A DNA stretch of 64,000 bases from Candidatus Bathyarchaeota archaeon (GTDB taxonomy: Archaea; Thermoproteota; Bathyarchaeia; Bathyarchaeales; Bathycorpusculaceae), in assembly GCA_963702095.1 (NCBI GenBank), contig OY969706.1, positions 288,001 to 352,000 on the forward strand. The letters run 5' to 3'. Under the pieces are notes generated by a model that was not told the origin of the DNA, did not search any database, and was given only the letters and a program-made list of their open reading frames with translations. A program made the position numbers and the translations under genes. Of this stretch, positions 19,853-29,564 are shown piece after piece; the stretch's first letter is position 1; every line of letters begins with the position of its first letter.

Positions 19853-20674
19853 GTGAAGATAGAAATCTTAGAGAAAAACGATACAAACCTCCGCTTAATC
19901 GTACGCGACGCGGATGTGCCATTAATGAACGCTCTTCGGCGTTTAGCACTTGCTGAGGTTCCCTGCATGGCAATCGAAGAAGTTGTCATGATAGAAAACA
20001 GCTCTATTCTCCAAGACGAAATCATAGCCCACAGACTGGGACTTACACCATTACGCACTAACCTCGACACCTACAATCTGCCAGAAGAATGCGAGTGCCA
20101 AAGCGAATTCGGGTGCCCACAGTGCAGAGTTTCTTTAACCTTGGATGCAGAGGCAAGAGACGGCACAAGAACCGTTTATAGCGGCGAAATCGTCTCTGAA
20201 AACCCGGAGATTCTCCCAGTATCCGATAAGGTTCCAATCATTAAACTAGCTAAAAACCAGAAACTAAAACTCGAAGCTTACGCACGCTTAGGCAGAGGCA
20301 AAACCCACGCGAAGTGGCAGCCCGTTTCTATGTGCGCATACAAGTATTACCCAAAAATCATTCTACCCGAAGAGAAATGTCCAGACTGCAGCAAATGCGT
20401 TGACATCTGCTCCAAAAAAGTCTTAACAATCAAAGAGGAAAAAGTTGACGTTCGAGACCTCTTAGCCTGCAACCTCTGCATGGACTGTGTCGAAGCTTGT
20501 CCACAGGGTAAGGCTTCCCCGCTAAAGATTGAGTGGGAAAAGAACGCTTTTGTCATGAACATTGAATCTACCGGTGCGCTTCCCCCTGAACGGGTACTCA
20601 AAGAAGCCACTAAACTGTTAGGCAAACAACTCAACGATTTTGAAGAACAAATCAAGGCGGAACAACCACAATGA
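19853..20674 (+). CDS. rpoD: RNA polymerase subunit Rpo3/D with 2x[4Fe-4S]-type ferredoxin domain
   Basis: NALRR, DEIIAHRLGL, HAKWQP, CPDCSKCVDIC and CNLCMDCVEAC. Confidence 0.96.
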   Translation: MKIEILEKNDTNLRLIVRDADVPLMNALRRLALAEVPCMAIEEVVMIENSSILQDEIIAHRLGLTPLRTNLDTYNLPEECECQSEFGCPQCRVSLTLDAEARDGTRTVYSGEIVSENPEILPVSDKVPIIKLAKNQKLKLEAYARLGRGKTHAKWQPVSMCAYKYYPKIILPEEKCPDCSKCVDICSKKVLTIKEEKVDVRDLLACNLCMDCVEACPQGKASPLKIEWEKNAFVMNIESTGALPPERVLKEATKLLGKQLNDFEEQIKAEQPQ

Positions 20675-21033
20675 GAGAAACCAAAACCACTAACCCCCAA
20701 TTAACCGCACTTATCAGTGCACTACGCAAAACCAGCAGAGAACAGACTGCTCCAATCTGGGCTGACGTAGCGGACTACCTCGCACACACCCGCAGACAAC
20801 GCGTCACCGTCAACTTGAGCACTATTAACAGGCACACAGAAAAAGCCGACGTCGTTTTGGTTCCAGGTAAAATCCTTGCTTCAGGCGCACTCGACCACGC
20901 CGTAACAGTTGCTTCCTTTGAAGTTTCCGCCCAAGCAAAGACAAAGCTTGAAGCGGCAAAATCCAAGTACATCACAATCCAAGAGCTCATGGAGAAAAAC
21001 CCAAAAGGCTCCAAAGTAAAAATCATCCGGTGA
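20671..21033 (+). CDS. rpl18e: 50S ribosomal protein L18e (eL18)
   Basis: TNPQL, VNLSTINRH, VPGKILASG; operon position. Confidence 0.95.
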   Translation: MRETKTTNPQLTALISALRKTSREQTAPIWADVADYLAHTRRQRVTVNLSTINRHTEKADVVLVPGKILASGALDHAVTVASFEVSAQAKTKLEAAKSKYITIQELMEKNPKGSKVKIIR

Positions 21034-21040
21034 AAAATAA

Positions 21041-21494
21041 ATGCAAACAGCAACAACTAAATCCGCAGTCACATTGGTGAACGCTGAAGGCCAAATCGTA
21101 GGCCGCATGTGCAGCAAAGTCGCCAAACTGCTCCTAAACGGCGAAGAAGTCATCATCCTCAACGCTGAAAAAGCAGTTTTCTCAGGCAAGAAAAAAAGCA
21201 AAATCGCTGAAGCACACTTATTCCTCGAAGTCGGCGCACCCGAACGTGCGGCCATTCCACTACCGCAGACCCGACCGTTTCCTACGCAAAACCGTCCGCG
21301 GCATGGTGCCGTTCAAGCAGCCTAAAGGCAAAGCAGCCTACAAACGCTTAAAAACCTATATGGGTATCCCGGTAGAATACAAAGATCAAAAAATGATCTC
21401 ATTCGACGTCGCCCAAGCAGCAAACCTCAAAGGGCCACACTTCACCCTTGGCGAATTAGCCAAAGAAATCGGGTGGAGAAACAGGATGGAATAA
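21041..21494 (+). CDS. rpl13: 50S ribosomal protein L13 (uL13), split by one frameshift near 21247
   Basis: N-half [15 protein letters not shown] and C-half [17 protein letters not shown] are in different frames; essential gene, so probably a sequencing indel. Confidence 0.9.
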
Positions 21495-21496
21495 TT

Positions 21497-21910
21497 ATGC
21501 CAACAACAAAGAAAGTCCTCGTAGTAAGTGGAAAAAGAAAAACCGCAACCGCCCGCGCCATCATTAAACCAGGCGTTGGTAAAGTCCGCATAAACCTGAC
21601 TCCAGTTGAAATTTACGAACCAGACATCGCCAAAGCAAAAATCATGGAGCCCCTTCTTCAAGCAGGTGGAGACGTCTGGATGCAGCTAGACATGGATGTT
21701 AAAACCGTCGGCGGAGGCTACATGGGACAGGCAGAAGCCGCCCGCATGGCAATCGCAAACGGACTCTTGAAATGGACCAAAAGTACGCACCTACGCACCG
21801 TTTTCAACGAATACGACCGCACCATGGTCGCTGGAGACAGCCGAGCTAAAGAAACCAAAAAGGTCGGTGGCGCAGGCGCACGTTCCAAGGAACAGAAAAG
21901 TTACAGGTAA
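21497..21910 (+). CDS. rps9: 30S ribosomal protein S9 (uS9)
   Basis: SGKRKTATARA, GGGYMGQAEA, GAGARSKEQKSYR. Confidence 0.97.
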   Translation: MPTTKKVLVVSGKRKTATARAIIKPGVGKVRINLTPVEIYEPDIAKAKIMEPLLQAGGDVWMQLDMDVKTVGGGYMGQAEAARMAIANGLLKWTKSTHLRTVFNEYDRTMVAGDSRAKETKKVGGAGARSKEQKSYR

Positions 21911-21924
21911 GGAGATAGGAAAAA

Positions 21925-22155
21925 GTGATTATTCCCGTAAGATGCTTCACCTGCGGCAAGTTGGTTGGAGACCGATGGGACGAATTCACAAGGCGCATAA
22001 AAACCGGTGAGAACGCAAGCGACGTCCTGGATAGTCTTGGTCTTAAACGATACTGTTGCAGACGTATGCTGCTCTCTAACGTTGAAATCATCGATGAAGT
22101 TTTGCGGTTCTACGAAGAAGCTGAGAAACGCAAGGAAGCCCGCAACTTCTATTAG
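21925..22155 (+). CDS. rpoN: RNA polymerase subunit Rpo10/N
   Basis: [12 protein letters not shown]...RYCCRRM. Confidence 0.97.
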   Translation: MIIPVRCFTCGKLVGDRWDEFTRRIKTGENASDVLDSLGLKRYCCRRMLLSNVEIIDEVLRFYEEAEKRKEARNFY

Positions 22156-22319
22156 GTTTCCAACTTTTTGCCTTTTTCTTGCATCAGTTGGTCACCTGTT
22201 TTGTTATCTTGTTTTTTTGAGTCTTTATGTGCTTCAAGAACGTAGATAGCCCAGCCGATTAGGAAAGGTAGAATCAGCAACGATAGAATTGGCAGTCTTT
22301 TGATGTTTTTGATAGCCAT
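22152..22319 (-). CDS. Small single-TM hypothetical protein
   Basis: [26 protein letters not shown] plus charged tail. Confidence 0.45.
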   Translation of the reverse strand: MAIKNIKRLPILSLLILPFLIGWAIYVLEAHKDSKKQDNKTGDQLMQEKGKKLET

Positions 22320-22430
22320 GGAATGGGGTTTCACACGATTCACTAATAACACTTTGTAACATGAAGATATACATGCCCCTGGATTGTAGTTTGATAACCA
22401 TTAAAAGCAACATGTCCAACTTAGACTCGT

Positions 22431-23426
22431 GTAGTAGATGCTAAAAAGTGGTTACTGCCCCTGAAATCTTCTCCCATTGCTGCTTTGGTCTCCTGCGGTA
22501 ACAAAGCCATCGAATACTTTGCCAGGCGCGTCCTTATCGAAGAAACAGTTGAGCCTGTAACTGTTGTTTGGCAGCTTCCTGAGGTTTTACGTCTACTTCG
22601 CAAACAGTAGCCTGACGGATCATGGCGGCACAGCGGCAAAGAAACAATCACTTACCCCAAAAATCACTACTCTCTGGTGGAAACATGGAAAGCCCTCCGC
22701 ATCCTAGTCGACCACTATGAGGGCACCAAACAGCATGAGGGTGTGGCTAAGGCAGCTGAGTACCTGTTTGCCTTTCAAACCAGCCAAGGCGACATCCGTG
22801 GCATGCTAGCCAACCAATACGCCACCTACTACACGGGGGCAATGCTGGCGGTGCTCATCAAAGCAGGATACGCCAACGACCCGCGCGTAGATAAGGGTCT
22901 AGATTGGCTGCTCTCTATGAGGCAAAACGACGGCGGCTGGTCTATCCCAATCTTAACCCACAACTTCACCCAAGCAACCATAAACAAGCTCACAAGCACC
23001 TACGCCGAACCAATAGAACCCGACCGCGCAAAACCTTTCTCTCATAACTGGACAGACATGGCTCTACGCGCCTTCGCAGCCCACCCGACTCGCCGCCACC
23101 AAAAAGAAGCCCACGCCGCATCAGACCTGCTGAAATCAACCTTTTTCCAGCCTGACTTTTACACGTCCTATCAAGACGCCCGCTACTGGACCCGGTTCAT
23201 GTTTTGGTGGCCAAACCTCATAACTGCACTCGATTCGCTATCTTTGATGGGTTACTCAAAGGATGATGTTGACGTCAAGAAGGGGTTGAATTGGCTTTTG
23301 GAGAATCAGATGCCGAATGGTTTATGGAGGCTCGAGTACGGTAAAACCGCAAAAAACAAAGCCTCTGAAGAACAGTTTTGGCTTGCCCTAAGAGTTGCCA
23401 GAATATTCAAGAGATTTTACGGATAA
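22431..23426 (+). pseudogene. Prenyltransferase/squalene-cyclase (QW)-repeat protein with in-frame TAG at 22608-22610 and no clear start codon
   Basis: Frame continues upstream of the called ORF: ...WQLPEVLRLLRKQ*PDGSW...; repeats QTSQGD, RQNDGGW, NQMPNGLW. Confidence 0.7.
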
Positions 23427-23433
23427 AAGAGAG

Positions 23434-24147
23434 TTACATGAAGCTTGTTAACGTCATGTTTTCGGAGGGCGGTTCAGCTGTACCCAGCATGTAGGTCGGG
23501 TGCTTCTCGAGGTTTAATTCGGCAGTGTAGGGCGCTTTGAAGTAGGAGAGTACCGTGTTGGCTTTGCTCAGCGTCATTTCTTTGAGTGCAATGTTTCTTG
23601 TGCTGCCTTCATGATTGGGGTAGGTTGCGACGATGATGATTTGGTGTTTCTTTGCGAGGTACACCAGGAAGTTGACGATTTGCCCATACGCTCTCTGTGT
23701 TTCTTCCTTGGAGATGCCGTTGTCTAGAAATAAGCCGCCGATGTCGGAAACGATGACGAGTTTAGCGTTGCAGGCTAAGATTTTTTCTTCCAGCTTATCG
23801 ATTATGAGGGATGTTAGTTGGTACGCAGTGAATGCGCTGAAATTAAAGATTCGTTGGCGGGCAGTGGCTGGGTTTATGTGGTTTTGAACTGCAAGGCGAC
23901 TAATGCTTTCCTGTGCGAAAGTGTTTGCACAGTCGATGAATACTACGTTTCCTCCTAAACCACCCAGTTGCGTGGGTAGTTGCGCTCTTATGCAGAGTAG
24001 AGAAGTCAGTGAAGTTATGGATGGCGACCCATAGATAACGGCGTATTCCCCCGTTGTGAATCCTGGGAAAAGGTAGTCAACTTCGGGCACGTTAAAAGCG
24101 AATTTCAGCTGCGCCGATGTGGGTTTAACCATTATGTTCTGCATCAT
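23434..24147 (-). CDS. RadA/Rad51-like paralog with degenerate Walker A
   Basis: VDYLFPGF..GEYAVIYG, AQLP..LGG...VVFIDCANTF, AFTAYQL, LVIVSD; Walker A reads GSPSITS with no GKT. Confidence 0.8.
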   Translation of the reverse strand: MMQNIMVKPTSAQLKFAFNVPEVDYLFPGFTTGEYAVIYGSPSITSLTSLLCIRAQLPTQLGGLGGNVVFIDCANTFAQESISRLAVQNHINPATARQRIFNFSAFTAYQLTSLIIDKLEEKILACNAKLVIVSDIGGLFLDNGISKEETQRAYGQIVNFLVYLAKKHQIIIVATYPNHEGSTRNIALKEMTLSKANTVLSYFKAPYTAELNLEKHPTYMLGTAEPPSENMTLTSFM

Positions 24148-24268
24148 GTTTTTGGTCTCCAGTTTTATGAAGAACCAGTTACCCATGTTAACCCTATTTA
24201 AGCAATCCCTCAAGCGACAATACAGCACAGGGGAGGGGTAACTGAAAGTGAAAAAACAAAAAAATGGT

Positions 24269-24502
24269 TTATGCCTGTTTCATCTGCTGTTGCCGGATTT
24301 CCTTCTGTTGCCTAAGCATTGCAGTAGCCAACGTGGCGAGGAAAATCACTATGAAAGAAAAGACAGCTATCCCCACTTTATAGGTTAAATCCAGTTCAAC
24401 ATAGAAAAGCGTCACCATAGTCACAAGCATCAAAGCTAAGATAAGTGCCTGTTCGATTCCGTTGAAGACTTTGAAACCGCCAAAACTCATCTGTTTCACC
24501 AT
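24269..24502 (-). CDS. Small two-TM membrane protein
   Basis: 77 aa, two hydrophobic helices, ATG start. Confidence 0.65.
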   Translation of the reverse strand: MVKQMSFGGFKVFNGIEQALILALMLVTMVTLFYVELDLTYKVGIAVFSFIVIFLATLATAMLRQQKEIRQQQMKQA

Positions 24503-24615
24503 GTCTTCTTGGGATTGCTCAGCCGTGGAATATTAATTTTCTGTCTACTATCCGATGTTATTTGGGCTAAAACAAGAATGTTAAGTAAAAATTTGAAAGA
24601 TGGGAAGTTGAGTGT

Positions 24616-25065
24616 CTACAGATTAGTGGAGATTTCCTTGACTCGGCTTTCGATGAATTCAGCGACTTTTTCTTCACTGAACTTACGTTCTGCTTCCTGA
24701 GCGTAAAGCTGCTGTTTCACTGTCTGCAAAAGTTTTTCCACATCAACTGGTTTAAGCAAATATGCATCTGCGTTTTTGTTTAGGGCTGCTATAGCGTTTT
24801 GCATTGAGGGGTAGCCAGTCACCATTATTTTGCGTGTGCGGGGCACGCTGTCTTTGAGGAGTTTGAGTAGTTCAACGCCTTCCATGTCTGGTAGTCTGAT
24901 GTCTAAGAGTGCTATGTTGTAGGCTTTTTCCTGTGTTTTCTGAATTGCTTCTTTACCAGTAGCTGCCAAATCCACTTGGTATCCTTCGTCTTGAAGGATA
25001 GCTTTCATGGTGGTTCTTATGGTTTCATCGTCGTCAACAACGAGGATTCGGGGATGTTTATCCAT
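24616..25065 (-). CDS. Response regulator (stand-alone receiver domain)
   Basis: ILVVDDD, LLDIRLPDMEG, MVTGY, YLLKP. Confidence 0.93.
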   Translation of the reverse strand: MDKHPRILVVDDDETIRTTMKAILQDEGYQVDLAATGKEAIQKTQEKAYNIALLDIRLPDMEGVELLKLLKDSVPRTRKIMVTGYPSMQNAIAALNKNADAYLLKPVDVEKLLQTVKQQLYAQEAERKFSEEKVAEFIESRVKEISTNL

Positions 25066-28000
25066 ACGTTTTCACCTCCAGTTTCAATTTTTTGATCAAT
25101 CGGTAAGGTTACTGTGAAAGTCGTTCCGTGACCCTTCTGCGTCTCAACGGTGATTATGCCGCCATGCGCTTCAACGATGCGTTTGCATATGGCTAAGCCA
25201 AAACCCATGCCCTGCGCTTTCGTCGTAAATAACGGGGCAAAAAGATTCGGCAAGGTTTCGTCGTTGATGCCCTCTCCTGTATCGGTGAAGCTAATTTCTA
25301 GGAAGTTTTTGGTTTTGGTGCTTGAGATGGTTACTGTGCCGCCGTTTGGCATGGCATCAACCGCGTTTTTAATCAGGTTTATGAAGACGCGTTTTATTTT
25401 GTCTTGGTCAACCCTCAGCACAGGCTCTTCTTCAAGTTTGTTTATAACTTTGATGTTTGACGGAATTCCGATAAGCGTCAATGATTCTTCCAGTAGTTTT
25501 TTGGGTGTAATGGCTTCCAATGATAGATGTATCTCCCTTGAATAATCCAGAAGATCGTTGATTATTCCATTAGAGTAGTTGACGCATTTATCGATGGTTT
25601 CAAGCATTTCATTCATTTGGCTGGGCGGCAGTTTATTGCCTTTCTTTTTGAGGAAGTACGCTGAGTTCTTTATGCCTGTGAGCGGGTTACGCAAATCGTG
25701 GCCGATCATGCCTGCCAATTCTCCGATGGCTGCCAACCGTTCTGATTTTACGAGTTCCGCCTGAGTTTGCCTTAACTGTTCAGTGCGTTTTGTTACAAGC
25801 TCCTCTAGCCGCTGCGAATATTCTCCCAGTTTCTTTTGGAGTTGCTTTCTCTCTGTGATGTCAATAGCAATCTCTAATGCCGCAATGACCTTTCCATCCT
25901 TATCTTTCACGGGGGTGCTAACAAGTTCAACCCATTTATTATCGCTGTCTGGGTGAATGTTGTAGTCCCGTCTGGCTATACTAGCGCCTCCTTCAAAGAC
26001 CTTTTTAACCCCACAATCAGAACAAATAGCAGGCGAGTTGTTTCCAAAGATTTTATGGCAATATTTGTTTTCGATGAGGTTAATACCCATCGCTTGTTTA
26101 GCTCTCTGATTAGCCCATATAATGCGGTAGTCTCGATCAACGATCATCAAAATAATATCAGTGCTTGTCGTCACGCTTTCAAGCAGGCCTTTTCTTGTCT
26201 TAGCGCTTCCTCCATTGCTTTACGTTCGGTAATGTCTGAGATAACCGCTAAAATGCCAATTTTGCATCCTAGATCATTGGTTATAATGGACATGGTAACC
26301 GCTGTTTCAACATATCCGCCGCCCTTCCGTGGAAACGCATATTCATATAGCGCTTTCGTTTCTGGGTGACTATAGTAGCTGCTTAAATTCTGCCTAACCT
26401 TTACTACTTTATCGGAATCGACGAAATCAAAAAGTTGCTTACCCAGCATCTCATTCTCTTCGAATCCAAGCATCTGTACCATACGTGGGTTGACGAAGGT
26501 TGTGACAAAGTTGCTGTCTACAGCCCAAATGCCTTCCTGTGCAACTTCCACCAATTGCCGGTAACGTGCTTCGCTTGCTGTTAGAGCCCTTTGAATCTTT
26601 TTTGCTTCAGTTATGTCATGGCAGATGCAGTAAAGGTATGCCTTGTTTGCTGGTTTGAAAGCCCTAAGGGTAACTGTGACATCGTGGGTTTCACCGTTTT
26701 TCGCCTGATATTTAGTTTCAAATTCGCCTCTGCCTTCTTGTAGTAACCAATTGATTTTTTCTCTTACCTGTTGGGGAGTCAGCTCAGCCTGAATGTCTGC
26801 GAACGTTATCTTCTCGAATTCTTCTCTTGTGTAACCCAGTTGTGCATGAGCGATATCGTTGAATTCTACATAGCTCATTGTTTCGGGGTCGATAACCATG
26901 ACTCCTAATGGTGCCTGGTTGAATAATGCGTGATATCGTTGCTCGGCATCCCGTAGATCTTGCTCGCCAATTTTTCTTTTCGTTATATCTTTAACGACGC
27001 CAACTGCATGCCATTTTCCATCAAGTTTCACGGGCGAAATAGACAATTCAACGGGGAATTCGCTGCCGTCTTTGCGTCGCCCAACTAATTCGACGTTGCC
27101 CACAGTAAAGTATCCTAAGCCCGTTTCGCTAAAGGTTTTCACGCCTTGCTTGATACGTTTTTTGCCCTCTAAGCATATGGTTTTGGGGGCGACCAGTCGG
27201 TGGAGGTTTTCGCCAACAGCCTCTTTGCTGGTGTAACCGAAGGTTTTTTCAGCCGCCGGGTTCCAAAAGGTAACTTTAGCCTTGTCATCAATTAATATTA
27301 AAGCATCTTTAACTGAGTTTGCTATAGCATAGAATCTTTCCTCACTATTGTGCAAAGCATCGAGCATTCGGTTGATGTCTGTTACATCGTGCCATGTAGC
27401 AAGCAATAACTCTTTATTTGATATGTAGATTTTCTGATTGTTAACCAGAACAATTCTTTGTTCGCCTGTTTTGGTGCGGTGCTTGGCTAGAAACTCTATG
27501 CGGTCTTCTCTTAGTGCCTTTTCAAAGCGATTCCTTGTTATCCGTGGTGACTCAACGTCCTCAACGTCGAACACTCGAAGTAGGCTGAATTCCTCTCTGC
27601 TGTAGCCTAATTGCTGATGCGCAACCTCGTTGAAATCTACAAATGCAGTTGTCTCGGGGTCAACCACTACAACGCCTAAAGACGCCTGGTCAAATAAGGC
27701 ATGATAGAGTTTTTCCGCTTTTTCAATTTTAAACTCCATCTGTTTCCGAGTGGTTACGGGGACAGCTACCTGTAGGGCTGCAAAAACTTTGCCGTCTTTG
27801 TCTTTAATGGGGCAAACGGTGATTTGTAACGAAATAGAGTTGCCGTCCCTATCTAGTCCAGTGTAATCCTTTGTGACAATGCTTTGTTTTTCAAAAACTC
27901 TTTGGACTTCACATCCTTGACAGACCGTATTTAAGTTATGAAATCGCTTGAAGCATGTTTTGCCTTGGATATCTTTGCTGAAAAACTCTTCCATGGCGCT

Positions 28001-28899
28001 GTTAATCCAGAAAATCTGGTAGTCTCTGTTTATGAGTGAGAGCCAACGCCGGTGTTTTTTGCCACTGCTTCTAAAATTTCTCGTTGCTGCTTGAGCAAGT
28101 GTTCAGCGTTTCTACGTTCCGTGATATCCCTAAACATGGTAAATGCTAATTTTTCGTTACCGATGTTTAATGCTGAAATCGACATTTCTGTTGGGAACTC
28201 TGAGCCATCCTTTTTTAGTGCAGGGACCTCTCGTATTCTTTTGGCGGTTGATGGGTTTTTGGTAAATTCTTTTTTGATCTTGGCAAACAAGCCTCCGCCA
28301 TTAGGTGGAACGATTGTTTGCTGCATTGTCTTTCCCAAGACTTCCTCTTTCTTGTAGCCAAAAAGCTGTTCCGCTGCCAGATTCCAATATCGTATTTTGT
28401 CTTTTTTGTCAAAGATAACTATGCCTTCAAATGTACTGTCGCTGATGGCTTGGAACCGCAGTTCACTGTTGAATAAATCGTTTTGAAGCTTTTTGTGCTG
28501 TCGATACCGCTTGGTTACATCACGGAAAACAACGACATCCAGTGCTTTGCCTGAGCACTCAATTTTTTTAGCGTTTACCTCCAGTCGAGCTAAGCTATTT
28601 TTGCCCTTCACTGTAACTTCGTATGGTTCAATCTGGTCACCGTTTAACCTTTTGCTGAGGTTTATCCTGAGGCACTCGTTTTGCTTTTCGGTGAATATTT
28701 TTTGTTCAAAAAGGTTCTTGCCCACTAAAGCGGTTAATTCTTTGCCTGTATATTCATCTATAACCTGGTTTGCCGCCAAGATGTCTCCAGAAGAATCAAG
28801 CACCACAACTGGGTCAGCGATGAATCCTACCAGTGTCTTTAGCGCATCGCTATATTCTTTGCTGTGGTTTTTCTCCTGCATTGAGTAAAACCTCGACAT
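25017..28899 (-). CDS. Cytoplasmic multi-PAS sensor histidine kinase, split by two frameshifts (~26190, ~28040)
   Basis: Three consecutive ORFs of PAS/PAC repeats (WN.AAE.FGY, KDGSEFP.E) ending in HisKA (GHDLRNPL) and HATPase (NLIKNA, DTGEGI, FTTK, GMGFGL); adding one base at each junction restores a single frame. Confidence 0.88.
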
Positions 28900-29263
28900 C
28901 TACAGTTTTGCCTTTGTCTTCAAGGCAGAGCCTTATTAGTTTCACGTATTTTCCAAATGTTAAGTCGGGAACTAACCATTTTGGACCTTGCCATTTGTAT
29001 TTACATTGGACCTTTTGGTTTAGGTGTTTCATGATCAAGATTTCTATCGGTCTAGAAGCGTTGCCAAAAATTTTTTCGAGGGCAAGCGTAAAGTCCTCGA
29101 TTCTATCGGGAATGTCTTGTTTCGTAATAGCAAACTTTGTTTCAAGATGGAAATAAATCGATAACTTAACGTTTGGACCAAGCACTGTGAATGCTTCGTC
29201 TATGGCGTCCAAAAGAATAGTTGCAAACCTTTTTTCAGTTACTGTTCTAGCCAAACCTTTCAT
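28850..29263 (-). CDS. Small signalling-associated protein (NitrOD5/DUF3227-like)
   Basis: LLDAIDEAF..LG..VK..IYFHLE..F.I....IP.RIEDF..ALEKIFG motif; upstream of the kinase. Confidence 0.7.
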   Translation of the reverse strand: MKGLARTVTEKRFATILLDAIDEAFTVLGPNVKLSIYFHLETKFAITKQDIPDRIEDFTLALEKIFGNASRPIEILIMKHLNQKVQCKYKWQGPKWLVPDLTFGKYVKLIRLCLEDKGKTVDVEVLLNAGEKPQQRI

Positions 29264-29564
29264 CTCGACGATTGCCCGTTTGTGCCTACCGTTTCTCGTT
29301 TATACACCCTAAAGATGTTGAGTTAAAAGTAAAGGCTTATGAATTCACAATTTTAAGTGCAGATTCAACTTACCCTGAAAAGGGGTAATTTCCAGGTAGG
29401 ATTATGTCCTATTCGATTGGTGTTTTCATCTGTAAAACGTTGTCCTGTCGAGTAATCGTAAGTTATAAATACGTAGCTCGACTTACCGTTTATGAACGAT
29501 AGTATTTGCTTACTTTTCGTTCAAAGAAGGAATTTTAGAAAAAATTTTTAGGAGATAAATAAAA

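Noticed and set aside
21041-21494. Programmed frameshift in rpl13 (and in mtlD or the histidine kinase)
   Set aside because: No slippery heptamer or stimulatory structure at the junctions, and the density of similar indels points to sequencing error.
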